Shown: positions 51,604 to 61,015 of the stretch, one piece after another
How positions within the stretch are numbered: the first letter of the stretch is position 1
How the letters are laid out: every line of letters starts with the position of its first letter
Source of the DNA: an uncultured Chloroflexia bacterium
Lineage (GTDB): Bacteria; Chloroflexota; Chloroflexia; Thermomicrobiales; UBA6265
NCBI GenBank assembly: GCA_963724295.1
Contig: CAVRUC010000011.1
Coordinates: forward strand, 1 to 64,000
Direction: 5' to 3'
DNA length: 64,000 nucleotides
Translations under genes and position numbers: made by a program
The notes under the pieces: generated by a model
The model's database searches: none
The model's input: only the letters and a program-made list of their open reading frames with translations
Told to the model about the DNA's origin: nothing

Positions 51604-51763
51604 ATGCGACGGATTAACAAAATCATCCTGGTCGGCAGCGCGAGCGTCGCCGCCAAATTGCGGTACACCCGGAACGGGAAACCTGTCTCCAATATTCGGC
51701 TCGTAACGAATCGACAGGTCAAGGGTGAGGAAGAAACCTAGTTCCACTCGCATCGTCTGCTGA
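51604..51763 (+). pseudogene. ssb: Single-stranded DNA-binding protein N-terminal remnant
   Basis: Hand translation MRRINKIILVG..KLRYTRNGKPVSNIRLVTNR..GEEET*FH, then IVC* after a shift; matches the SSB OB-fold start. Confidence 0.75.
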
Positions 51764-51865
51764 GTTCGCCCAACCGAAACAACCGCTGCCGCAGTCCTTG
51801 TCGCCATCGTCTCCAGGTTTGTCTCTATGGAAGTCGCTTCGCACCACTATGGCGTGATGAAATGT

Positions 51866-51942
51866 CTCGGCAGCCCGGACCAGTTGGTCAGGCTGTCAGA
51901 GCATTACGTGGTGGATAAGGAGGCGACGGCGCGGCTGAGAAC
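51866..51942 (+). repeat. Right copy of the hydantoinase 3'-end repeat (degenerate similarity extends back to ~51785)
   Basis: VLVAIVSRFVSME..YGV..LGSPDQLVRLSEHYVVDKEATARLRT vs VLADVVSGYVSLE..YGV..LGSPDQLVRLSEHYAVDEEATARLRT. Confidence 0.9.
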
Positions 51943-52142
51943 GAGTCAAGGAGAAGAAGAAGCGAGATGAGAACGGTAATGTCCTGGTACCGGGTGCGGG
52001 CCTCCGGCATCACTATCAAGCAGAGTTAACGATCGGAACGCCGCGTGCATCCTTGACCCGTTGCCGGACTATGATGGCCGCAGCGTCCGGCACGAGGAGC
52101 CCGCGCCGTTGTCCCCATTGCTCGGCATATCCCGGAGGTCGC

Positions 52143-53168
52143 ATGCAGCCATGGTCCCGGCCCCTGCAGGGGCGTCTCGAGGAGCACGTTGTCGTCAGCG
52201 AAGCGCTGCGGGGCAATCCCCTCGGCGACCCCCACGAGCGGCCACTCTGGGTCTACGTACCACCCGCGTATGACGACGAGCCGGGACGGCGCTACCCGAC
52301 GCTCTACCAGATCCAGGGACTGACTGGCCAGCTCGACATGTGGCGCAACCGGCCCGCCTTCCGACCCACGGTCCCGGAGCTGGTCGACGAGCTCTTTGCC
52401 ACCGGCGGTGCTCCTCCCTGTCTTGTCGTCTGGGTCGATGCCTGGACCTCCCTCGGGGGCAGCCAGTTTCTCGACTCGCCCGGCACGGGCCGCTACCACA
52501 CCTATCTCTGTGACGAGGTCGTGCCCTGGGTCGACGCCCACTATCGGACGCTGGCGGCCCCGGCCCACCGCGGGATCGCCGGCAAGTCCAGCGGCGGCTA
52601 CGGCGCGATGGTGACGCCGATGCTGCGGCCGGACCTGTTTGGCGGCTTGGCGACGCATGCGGGCGACGCCCTCTTCGAGGTCTGCTACCTGCCAGACTTC
52701 CGCGCCTCGGTGCGGGCGTTGCGCGACCAGTACGGGGGCTCCTTCGATGCCTTCTGGGCTGACTTCCGTAGCCGCCCGGCCTTCACCAGGGAGAGCGATG
52801 GGTTGCTCCTCAACGACTGGTGTATGGCGGCCTGCTACTCGACTGACCCGGACGGGACGGTACGACTGCCGTATGACTCCACGACGGGGATGTTGGTGCC
52901 GGAGGTCTGGGAGCGGTGGCTGAGCTGGGACCCGGTTCGGATGGTCCCCCGCTATGCCGACGCGCTGTGCGGCTTGCAGGCGATCTACATCGACGCCGGC
53001 ACGCGCGACGAGGCGTACCTCGATCTCGGCGCTGAGGCCTTCCGCCAGGCCCTCGTCACCATCGGGGTTACAGATGTGCGCTTCGAGCTGTTCGAGGCGG
53101 GTCACTTCGGGATCGAGTACCGCTACCCTCTCGGGCTGCAGCACCTTGCCCAGCGCCTGACGCCGTGA
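52143..53168 (+). CDS. Putative esterase (enterochelin esterase-like alpha/beta hydrolase)
   Basis: NPLGDP..VYVPPAY, GKSSGG nucleophile elbow, DAGTRDE, GH. Confidence 0.88.
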   Translation: MQPWSRPLQGRLEEHVVVSEALRGNPLGDPHERPLWVYVPPAYDDEPGRRYPTLYQIQGLTGQLDMWRNRPAFRPTVPELVDELFATGGAPPCLVVWVDAWTSLGGSQFLDSPGTGRYHTYLCDEVVPWVDAHYRTLAAPAHRGIAGKSSGGYGAMVTPMLRPDLFGGLATHAGDALFEVCYLPDFRASVRALRDQYGGSFDAFWADFRSRPAFTRESDGLLLNDWCMAACYSTDPDGTVRLPYDSTTGMLVPEVWERWLSWDPVRMVPRYADALCGLQAIYIDAGTRDEAYLDLGAEAFRQALVTIGVTDVRFELFEAGHFGIEYRYPLGLQHLAQRLTP

Positions 53169-53309
53169 GGGCGGGTTGGTCGGCGAGTCGGTGCCGCTGG
53201 TCATCGTGAAGAATAGAATCCACGTCTCGGCAGCACCGCCCCGTAATCACCTCGCTGTCCGCCGGGATGGGTGCCAGGCTTACGTGGTCATGCCAACCTC
53301 GAGTTTGCC

Positions 53310-53341
53310 TAAGCAAGAGAACGGAGAACCAGCATGGTCAC
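53310..53341 (+). repeat. Orphan copy of the RBS/start of the M24 gene
   Basis: TAAGCAAGAGAACGGAGAACCAGCATGGTCAC vs TAAGCAAAAGAACGGAGAACCAGCATGGTGAC at 56386-56417 (30/32). Confidence 0.8.
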
Positions 53342-53530
53342 TACTACGGCGCGGCAGTGGTATAGCTCGGCAGCTTAGACGAGTTGGTCCGACTACTACA
53401 GCACTACGTGGTGGATCAGGCGGTAACCAGAGGATCTTCACGATTCGGCTTGACGGCGCAGGATGCTGGAGCCATAAAGAGGCGCCTGGATCGTTGATAG
53501 CAGTTCTAGGTGCTGCCGGGTGGGTGTCCT

Positions 53531-54505
53531 ATGGACACGAGAGCAGACACGCCAAGGGCCGGAAATGACGTGCTTATCCGCCCGTTGCGAGCGGCCGACA
53601 TCCCTGCCGCCGATAGGGTCCGGCGCCTCGCCTTCGGTACCTTCCTCGGGTTGCCTGATCCCCTGAGCTTTCGCGGCGATGCCAGTCCAGTGCGAACCCG
53701 CTACCTGGCCGATCCGTCCGCAAGCTTTGCCGCCGAGGTGGACGGCGAGCTGGTCGGGACCAACTTCGCGGTCAACTGGGGTAGCGTCGGGTTTTTCGGG
53801 CCGCTCTCGGTTCACCCGGACTTCTGGGGACGGGGCATCGCCCAGCGCCTGGTCGAGGTTGCCCTCGAGGCATTCGCGCGCTGGGAAACTCAGCATGTCG
53901 GCCTGTTCACCTTCTCCCATAGTGCACAGCACATCCTGCTCTACCAAAAGTTCGGCTTCTGGCCTCGCTTCCTTACCCCGATCATGGCCAAACCTGTTGG
54001 TCCAGCCAGCCCGGAGGCCATGTGGTCAACCTACTCGGCCTTGTCAGAAGCTGAGCAGCGGGACTGCCTAGTGGACTGCCGCGAGTTGACCGATGCCTGG
54101 CATGGCGGCCTTGACCTCAGCCTGGAGATCAACGCGACGGAGCAGCACCACTTCGGCGAGACGCTGCTGCTCCGGGACGGCAACGAACTGATTGGCTTCG
54201 CCGTCTGCCACTGTGGCGCGGAGACCGAGGCGGGCAGTGGCCAGTGCTACGTCAAGTTTGGGGCGGTGCGATCCGGTCCCGATGCGGAGGCAGTATTCAC
54301 CCGGTTGCTCGCGGCCTGCGAAGCGCTCGCGGTGGAACGAGGCATGTCGCGTCTGGTGGCCGGGGTCAACACGGCCCGCCGTGAGGCGTATCGCGCGATG
54401 TTGGCGGGCGGGTTTCGCACCGACGTGCAGGGTCTGGCGATGGACCGGCCAGACGAGGCCGGCTACAACCGGCCCGGCGTCTACATCATCGACGACTGGC
54501 GATAG
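53531..54505 (+). CDS. Tandem GNAT N-acetyltransferase
   Basis: GPLSVHPDFWGRGIAQRL, LYQKFGF; second GNAT-like half. Confidence 0.88.
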   Translation: MDTRADTPRAGNDVLIRPLRAADIPAADRVRRLAFGTFLGLPDPLSFRGDASPVRTRYLADPSASFAAEVDGELVGTNFAVNWGSVGFFGPLSVHPDFWGRGIAQRLVEVALEAFARWETQHVGLFTFSHSAQHILLYQKFGFWPRFLTPIMAKPVGPASPEAMWSTYSALSEAEQRDCLVDCRELTDAWHGGLDLSLEINATEQHHFGETLLLRDGNELIGFAVCHCGAETEAGSGQCYVKFGAVRSGPDAEAVFTRLLAACEALAVERGMSRLVAGVNTARREAYRAMLAGGFRTDVQGLAMDRPDEAGYNRPGVYIIDDWR

Positions 54506-54531
54506 CCGCGGTGTCTGGACAGGGAGGCGTG

Positions 54532-54945
54532 ATGCCGACGGCGGAGGATGTGGCTGTGGTGCGCCGCTTGTATGCGGCGGTGGTGGCTCGTGACCTGGCC
54601 GCGGTCGGGGAGTGCTTTGACGAGGAGGCCGTCTGGCACCTGCCTGGGACCAATGCCCTTTCTGGCACGCATCGCGGCTGGCCGGCGATTCGGGACAGTC
54701 TCCTGGCCAGGCAGGGGCCGCTCAGTGGCGGCACGTTCCGCGCGCAGTTGCTCGATCTGGCCGTGGGGGACCAGTTCATCGTCGCCATCGTCCATGCCAC
54801 CGCTGAGCGAGCTGGTCATCGGCTGGACCAGACGGTCTGCCAGCTCATGCGAGTCCAAAATGGAAAGATCGTCGAAGTGCGCGGCCACTACGCGGACGAA
54901 TCGGCACTAAACGCATTCTGGGGACCGGCACCCGGCGTGGAATAG
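54532..54945 (+). CDS. NTF2/SnoaL-like protein
   Basis: VVRRLYAA, WHLPG..LSGTHRG, NGKIVE. Confidence 0.85.
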   Translation: MPTAEDVAVVRRLYAAVVARDLAAVGECFDEEAVWHLPGTNALSGTHRGWPAIRDSLLARQGPLSGGTFRAQLLDLAVGDQFIVAIVHATAERAGHRLDQTVCQLMRVQNGKIVEVRGHYADESALNAFWGPAPGVE

Positions 54946-54988
54946 AGATCAACGGGAGCTGTTTCCGGCCCGGGGACACAGCGAGATC

Positions 54989-56215
54989 CTAGCCGGGAAC
55001 CCGCGAGGATTCGGGGCTCCTGAACGTGCGCAACGCCTCCCCTTCGACCAGCAGTGATGTGAGGGTGCCGAGGGCGAGTGCCCAGAACGCCGCGCCCAGC
55101 CCAAAGAGCGAGAGCGTCGAGGAAGCGACGGCGAAGGCGACCAGCGGACCGAGGCGGAGTGGCCCCTTGATGACCTGCTCCATGGCCTGACTCAAGACCC
55201 CGATCAGGGCGAGCCCGGCCACGGCCAGCAGCAGTGGTAACGGAAGGAGGTCCGGGAGCTCCGCCGCCACACCGGCTCCCAGGGCAATGAGCAGGAAGCC
55301 AGCGGCGCCCGCATAGGCGGCCCAGGGCCGGACCGATCGCTCCCCAGCCTCCGGTCCAGCGGTCAACGGCGTCACCAATGCTCCCATGCAGATCGGGCAC
55401 GGCCCGAACACCGAGGCCACCGCGGTGGCAACCCCGGTCGTGACCTCGATCGCCCGCGTCGGTGGGGCGTAGGCCTCGCTGCGGAGATAGGCGACCGCGG
55501 TGAGGTTGGAGTGCAGAGCGACTAACGGCACAGCAACAGGAACAACGGTGAGGACTGCCGCCGGAGTGAACGAAGGTGTAGCGTGAGCGAGGGCAGGCCA
55601 GGTCCACCCGGCAGCAAGCCCATGGAGCCGCCCTGTGACCGCAGCGAGCGCCACCCCCACCACGAGTGCCGGCAGAATCGGGGGCACGCGCGGTGGGAAG
55701 GCGCGCCGCCCAACGAGGTAAGCGGCAAGCGCCGCGCCGACCAGGAGTGCTTCGGTTTGCAGGGCTTCAAACGTCCCCACGACAAATGGCAGGACATTCC
55801 CGGCGACCACCCCGAAGACCACCGGGGTCGGGACGAACGCCGCGAGACGCGGGGTGAGGCCGAGCGCGCCAAGGGCGGCGATGACCAGACCGGCAACGAT
55901 CATGGCTCCCAGGAGGTCCGTGTACGGCATGGTCTGGCTGAACGAGGCGACCAAGGCGACGACGGCAGTGTGCCAGGCCACGAGTAGCGGCTGACGATAG
56001 ACCAGGGTCAGGACAATCGACGCTAGACCCGGGATCGCGTAAAGCGCAAAAATCCAGGTGCTGGTCTGGCGCGAGGAGAGTTCAAAGGACTGCGCCGTTG
56101 CGAGCGGTAAGGAAACCGCTGCCGCAGAGAAGATCGTGATCGGGATGGACGCCGCCAGGGGCTGGGCCAGCCGAGCCACGTTACGGTCGATGGAAGGGGT
56201 GAGAGTGAAACCCAT
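54989..56215 (-). CDS. benE: Benzoate/H+ symporter BenE family transporter
   Basis: YRQPLLVAW, multiple TMs, AGLALIG, FGLGAAFWAL. Confidence 0.8.
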   Translation of the reverse strand: MGFTLTPSIDRNVARLAQPLAASIPITIFSAAAVSLPLATAQSFELSSRQTSTWIFALYAIPGLASIVLTLVYRQPLLVAWHTAVVALVASFSQTMPYTDLLGAMIVAGLVIAALGALGLTPRLAAFVPTPVVFGVVAGNVLPFVVGTFEALQTEALLVGAALAAYLVGRRAFPPRVPPILPALVVGVALAAVTGRLHGLAAGWTWPALAHATPSFTPAAVLTVVPVAVPLVALHSNLTAVAYLRSEAYAPPTRAIEVTTGVATAVASVFGPCPICMGALVTPLTAGPEAGERSVRPWAAYAGAAGFLLIALGAGVAAELPDLLPLPLLLAVAGLALIGVLSQAMEQVIKGPLRLGPLVAFAVASSTLSLFGLGAAFWALALGTLTSLLVEGEALRTFRSPESSRVPG

Positions 56216-56409
56216 GACCTTGTCGCAACCGATGCGAGATCCAGACCGCACGCGGCATCATACATGGCACACGGAGCGTGTCCGCGGGTCGCGTCCAGTC
56301 GCCTTCTCCGAGCTGCCGGCGGAGCGATGATATGACCCAACTGCGCGACGCCTGCGCCCGCTACCATCGCAGTCGCTAGCTCGAATAAGCAAAAGAACGG
56401 AGAACCAGC

Positions 56410-57660
56410 ATGGTGACCTCGTCGGTGCAGCAGGGAGTTCGAACGACGCCGGTCGTGGGTTGGGGGATCGAGCAGCCGGAATACGACGCGCGGGTGGCGC
56501 GCGTGCGGGGGGAGCTGGAGCGGCGGGATCTGAGTGGTCTGGTCCTGTTCCATCCGATCCGGATGGCGTATCTCTCCGGATTCTTCCACTACAGCACCGA
56601 GCGACCGATGGCGATCGTCGTCGCGCCGGACGGCGGTCTGGCGGCGCTGGTGCCGCACCTGGAACAGGACCACATCGCGGCGATCCCGGGTGTCGAGCGG
56701 GTCATGGTCTACCCCGAGTACCCGACCGGCGGCGCGAAGCATCCGCTCCTCTACCTCGTCGACCTGTTGGCGGAGATGGGGCTGAACGCCAGGGGGACGC
56801 GGCTTGGCTATGACTCGAACGGCTACCTCGATATCAATGGTTACGACGGTCCCCTGCTGACGGAGATCGTGGCGGATGGTGTCGAAACGCTCCCGGCGCG
56901 CGATATCGTCGATCTGCTGCGCGCGGTCAAGAGCGAGGCGGAGCTGGCGTTCATCAAGGAGAGCTGCGTCTGGGGCAACCTGGCGCATCGCCTGATGCAG
57001 GAGAAGCTGGTCCTCGGGCGTAATGCGATGGAGATCGGGATCGAAGCTTCCGCCGAGGCCAGCCGGACGATGATCGCCGCTCTGGGTCCGACGTACCGGC
57101 CGTTGACGGCGGGTTTCGGCACGCCGGTCATGGTGGTCTTCAGCGCCGGGGCCAACACGGTGCAGCCGCACGGCCTCCTGCAGACCAGAGGGCTGCAACG
57201 GGGCGATGTGCTCGTCACCGGAGCCGGGGCGGACGTTGGGGGCTATAACTCGGAGCTGGAGCGGACGATGATCATTGGCGAGCCGACGCCGGAGTTCGAG
57301 CAGTACTTCGATCGCATGCTCCAACTCCAGCAAACCGCGTTCGATGCCATCCGGCCGGGTCGCACGCTGGCTGAGGTCGAAACCGAGGTCAGCGCCGCCT
57401 TCGTCGACCTGGGCGTGGCGGAGTTTCAACGCCACCACACGGGTCACGGCATTGGCCTCGAGGGCCACGAGTGGCCATTCATCGACAAGGGCAGCGACGA
57501 CGTCATCGAGGAGATGATGGTCCTGACCATCGAGCCCGGGCTTTACGTGTCCGGTCTGGCGGGGTTCCGTCATTCCGACACCGTGGTGGTCCGCTCCGAC
57601 GGTGTCGAGCGCCTGACCTATTATCCGCGGGATCTGCAGAGCATGATCGTCGAGCCCTAG
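56410..57660 (+). CDS. M24 (pita-bread fold) hydrolase with atypical metal site
   Basis: Creatinase-like N domain (YLSGF); LRAVKSEAE; GYNSELERT; HTGHGIG; TIEPGLY; FRHSDT. Confidence 0.85.
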   Translation: MVTSSVQQGVRTTPVVGWGIEQPEYDARVARVRGELERRDLSGLVLFHPIRMAYLSGFFHYSTERPMAIVVAPDGGLAALVPHLEQDHIAAIPGVERVMVYPEYPTGGAKHPLLYLVDLLAEMGLNARGTRLGYDSNGYLDINGYDGPLLTEIVADGVETLPARDIVDLLRAVKSEAELAFIKESCVWGNLAHRLMQEKLVLGRNAMEIGIEASAEASRTMIAALGPTYRPLTAGFGTPVMVVFSAGANTVQPHGLLQTRGLQRGDVLVTGAGADVGGYNSELERTMIIGEPTPEFEQYFDRMLQLQQTAFDAIRPGRTLAEVETEVSAAFVDLGVAEFQRHHTGHGIGLEGHEWPFIDKGSDDVIEEMMVLTIEPGLYVSGLAGFRHSDTVVVRSDGVERLTYYPRDLQSMIVEP

Positions 57661-57791
57661 CGGGTGCTCCCTCTTCTACTTCACCACCCGCCAAGCGCAG
57701 TGACGCCCCTTGAGCGGAGCTGTTCTCCTGATGAGGGGGGAGCGGGACTGTGCAAGCGATGTGCTCGAGCGTGCTCAGCCCTGTCCGAGCT

Positions 57792-58511
57792 TCAGCTTGC
57801 TGCCCTCTCGCTTCTATCCCGGTCTCGGGCAAGCGTGATGAAGTTGCGCAAGATGACAGCGCCGAGGGGATGGGCGTCATCGTAGCGTTCCGGATGGAAC
57901 TGCACACCGAAGACCGGCCGATCGAGGCGCTCAATCGCCTGGATCGCCGACCACGGCGAGCTGGCACGAACAGCGAAACCGGGCGGTACATCTTCGAGCT
58001 GCCAATAATGTGAGTGGAAGAAGTCTGCCGTCGCGTCCATACCGTGAAACAGCGGGCAACGCACGTCCAGCTGGACGGTCAGGAAGCCACGCTGCTTGCG
58101 CTGTCCGGGTGCGAACCGGGGATCGGGATCGATCTCGCCGTGTTGCAGCGGACCTAGCGGCCCCCACTGCACGCGATGAGCGGAGCCGATGAGTTGGTGT
58201 CCCGCACAGATCCCCAGCATAGGCGCCGGCGCGGAGCGGATGACCTCCAGCAGGCCGGCCAATTCCCCAAAATCGAATTCACTCCAATCGGTGGTATTGC
58301 CGCCGATGATGATCGCCGCCGGCCGTGACTGCGCGATCCGTGCAGGTGAAACCTCAGCGAATCCCAGGAGTTCCGCCGGTGCCCCGGCGACTCTCCCGAG
58401 ACGGTCTGTCGTCTCCACAAGCCGTGCCTGGTGACGCGCGCCGGCCTCGGGATGGTCACGCACCCGCTGGTGCTCAGTGTCGACGTACACCACGCGCATC
58501 GCGGTTGTCAT
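57792..58511 (-). CDS. Class I glutamine amidotransferase-like protein
   Basis: LGICAGHQ; FGVQFHPE triad. Confidence 0.88.
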   Translation of the reverse strand: MTTAMRVVYVDTEHQRVRDHPEAGARHQARLVETTDRLGRVAGAPAELLGFAEVSPARIAQSRPAAIIIGGNTTDWSEFDFGELAGLLEVIRSAPAPMLGICAGHQLIGSAHRVQWGPLGPLQHGEIDPDPRFAPGQRKQRGFLTVQLDVRCPLFHGMDATADFFHSHYWQLEDVPPGFAVRASSPWSAIQAIERLDRPVFGVQFHPERYDDAHPLGAVILRNFITLARDRDRSERAAS

Positions 58512-58994
58512 GTCGTGATCAGGATCGGCCCCGCCGTCTCAACCGTTCCGAACCGGTAAAAGGCTGCCGCCAATTGCAAGGAGACCTCGCACCCGAATCG
58601 CTCGTGTCTGCGGGACGTCTGCAACCTGCTCCAACCGGTAACACGCGATCTCGCTCGCGATTACTGGTGCAAAGCCTCGATAGGCGTGATCACGGGGGAA
58701 TCACACCGATGCGTCTGCCTTACCCCCACTCCGTCCTCTTGATGAATGCCCGCGCAGTCCGCAGCTGTACCCCAGGGGTGCTTTCTCCAAAATGCAATGC
58801 ACATCATTCCCTCGAATGTCTGAATCATTCGAATCACTTGATCTCGTGCAGATGAACGATGCCGTGGGAGATTCACCGGGCAGCGGGGCCTCCTGGGTTC
58901 GAGCTTTCCGGCTGTCCGGAGTCCGTCGTAACGATCAAAATTGCTTGTTCCAAGGCGTCCGATGAGCGCCAGACCATTTGCCTAAACCACCCTC

Positions 58995-59023
58995 TTGACA
59001 CTCCAGAGGGCCGACCATAGACT
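58995..59023 (+). promoter_or_regulatory. Sigma-70 promoter TTGACA-17-TAGACT; CCCTCT/AGAGGG inverted repeat overlaps the -35
   Basis: Direct reading upstream of the RpiR operon. Confidence 0.75.
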
Positions 59024-59058
59024 CCAAACCGTCGCTTGCGCACAAAGGAAAGAAACAG

Positions 59059-60018
59059 ATGCTTCATGCCTCGGGCTCTGACGTCGTTGCACGCTTGGCG
59101 GTTGCGCAGCCGTCCCTCACGCCCAAAATGGCACGGCTGGCGGCATTCGTGGCTGACAACTACGTGCAGGTGGCGTTCATGAACACGCGCGAGCTGGCCG
59201 CCGCGGCGGGCGTCAGCCCGGCCACCGTGGTCCGCTTTCCGGCGCTGCTCGGCTACCGAAGCTTCGACGAATTCCGCTCCCGCATCCAGGACCGCGTCAA
59301 TTTCGACCTGACCGGAGTCGCGCGCTTACGGCAATCCGCGCAGGTCAATCGCTCGCCGGCGGCCCTGCTCCGTCGCATCATCGACGCCGACTGCGACAGC
59401 CTGCACGGGCTGGCGCAGACCTTCTCCGAGCCGCAGATCGAGCGGTTTGTCAACACCCTGCTCGGGGCGGAGCGCGTAACCATCGCCGGCTTCCGCTACG
59501 TCAGCCCACTGGCGATCTTCTTCGAGTATTCGCTCGCCAAGATCAGAGCGAATGTGCAGTCGTACACCCATGCTGATTCGTCGCTGTTCGACCGCGTACG
59601 CCTGATGGATGCTGGAGACGTGCTGATCGTGATCGCCTTCGCACGCTACCCAGCCGACCTGGTGACGCTCGCGCGGTATGCCCACCGATGCGGAGTGCGG
59701 CTCCTCGCCATCACCGATAGCCCCCTGTCGCCGGTGCTGCCCCTCGCCGAAGTGGCGCTCTTCGCCAAGGTGAACATGCTCGATTTCGTCGGATCGCTGG
59801 CCGCGCCCGCTGCCCTGATCAACTGCATCGTCGCGGATCTCGGCCTGCGGCTGGGAGAGCGGGCCGTGGCCCGCCTGCAAGCCCTGGAAGCCGCGGCCAG
59901 CGAGGCCGGCATCTATGTCTCGGCCGGGGGTCAGCCGGTGCGCGCGGAAGGGACGTTGCTGGCCTGGGACGACGGTCGGTCAGATGGCCCATCGCCGGTG
60001 CCGGGAGTGCGGCGATGA
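59059..60018 (+). CDS. MurR/RpiR family transcriptional regulator
   Basis: ELAAAAGVSPATVVRF..LGY; SIS domain AITDSPLSP. Confidence 0.92.
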   Translation: MLHASGSDVVARLAVAQPSLTPKMARLAAFVADNYVQVAFMNTRELAAAAGVSPATVVRFPALLGYRSFDEFRSRIQDRVNFDLTGVARLRQSAQVNRSPAALLRRIIDADCDSLHGLAQTFSEPQIERFVNTLLGAERVTIAGFRYVSPLAIFFEYSLAKIRANVQSYTHADSSLFDRVRLMDAGDVLIVIAFARYPADLVTLARYAHRCGVRLLAITDSPLSPVLPLAEVALFAKVNMLDFVGSLAAPAALINCIVADLGLRLGERAVARLQALEAAASEAGIYVSAGGQPVRAEGTLLAWDDGRSDGPSPVPGVRR

Positions 60019-61015
60019 TCGCACTCGAACACGTTTGCAAGGTATTCACGTCCGGCGGGCAGGAAATCCGGGCGGTCGACGACGTCAGCATCGACGTCGG
60101 GGCGGGCGAGCTCGTCGTGCTGATCGGTCCATCCGGCTCCGGCAAGACGACGACGATGCGCATGATCAACCGCCTGGAGACGTTGACCTCCGGACGGATC
60201 GTGGTGAATGGCCGCGACGTGCGTGAGCTGAATGACGTGGAGCTGCGGCGCGGCATCGGCTACGTCATCCAGCAGGGCGGGCTGTTCCCTCATTTCACCG
60301 TCGCCGACAACGTCGCCGTGGTGCCCCGGCTGCTCGGTTGGTCTCGCGAAAACGGCGCCAGCGGGCGTGCGAGCTGCTGGCCCTTGTCGGCCTGCCCCCG
60401 GAGCAGTTCGCCGACCGGTATCCACGTCAGTTGTCCGGCGGTCAGCAGCAGCGCGTCGGAGTGGCGCGCGCCCTGGCCGCCGATCCGCCCATCGTGCTCA
60501 TGGACGAGCCGTTCGGCGCGGTCGATCCCATCACCCGCAAGCAGCTGCAGCGGGAGCTGCGCCGCATTCAGGCAGAGGTGCAGAAGACCATCGTCTTTGT
60601 CACCCACGACATCGCCGAGGCCTTCCTGCTCGGCGACCGCATCGTGCTGATGGCCGCGGGACGCGTGGTTCAGAATAGCGCGCCAGCCGAACTGCTGCGC
60701 CACCCGGCCGATCCCTTCGTCACCTCATTCATCGGGGAGGACCGCGGGCTGCGCTCCTTGCAGTTCACCTCGCTGGCCGAGCTCGCCGCGCCGCCGCCGG
60801 CTGACGTGCGGCCGAACGGTCTGGTTCTCCCTGGCACGCTCTCGATTCTGGATGCCGGGCGGGAGCTGGGGCTCCACGGTGACGTGGCCGGGGAGGGATT
60901 CTGGATCGGCGACGACGCCGGGCAACCGACCGGCTACCTCACCTATCAGCAGTTTGCGGTGGTGCTGGGCGAAACGATCGGCGCCACCGACGGGCCCCCG
61001 GCGAAAGGGAGGCAG
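60015..61015 (+). CDS. Osmoprotectant (OpuC/OsmV-type) ABC ATP-binding subunit; frameshift near 60350, end uncertain
   Basis: GPSGSGKTT, RRGIGYVIQQ, LSGGQQQRV, MDEPFGAVD, FVTHD. Confidence 0.9.

Noticed and set aside
58512..58990. Hidden gene or riboswitch in the AT-richer gap before the RpiR operon
   Set aside because: Short ORFs lack motifs and an RBS; no recognisable RNA consensus; only the promoter is supportable
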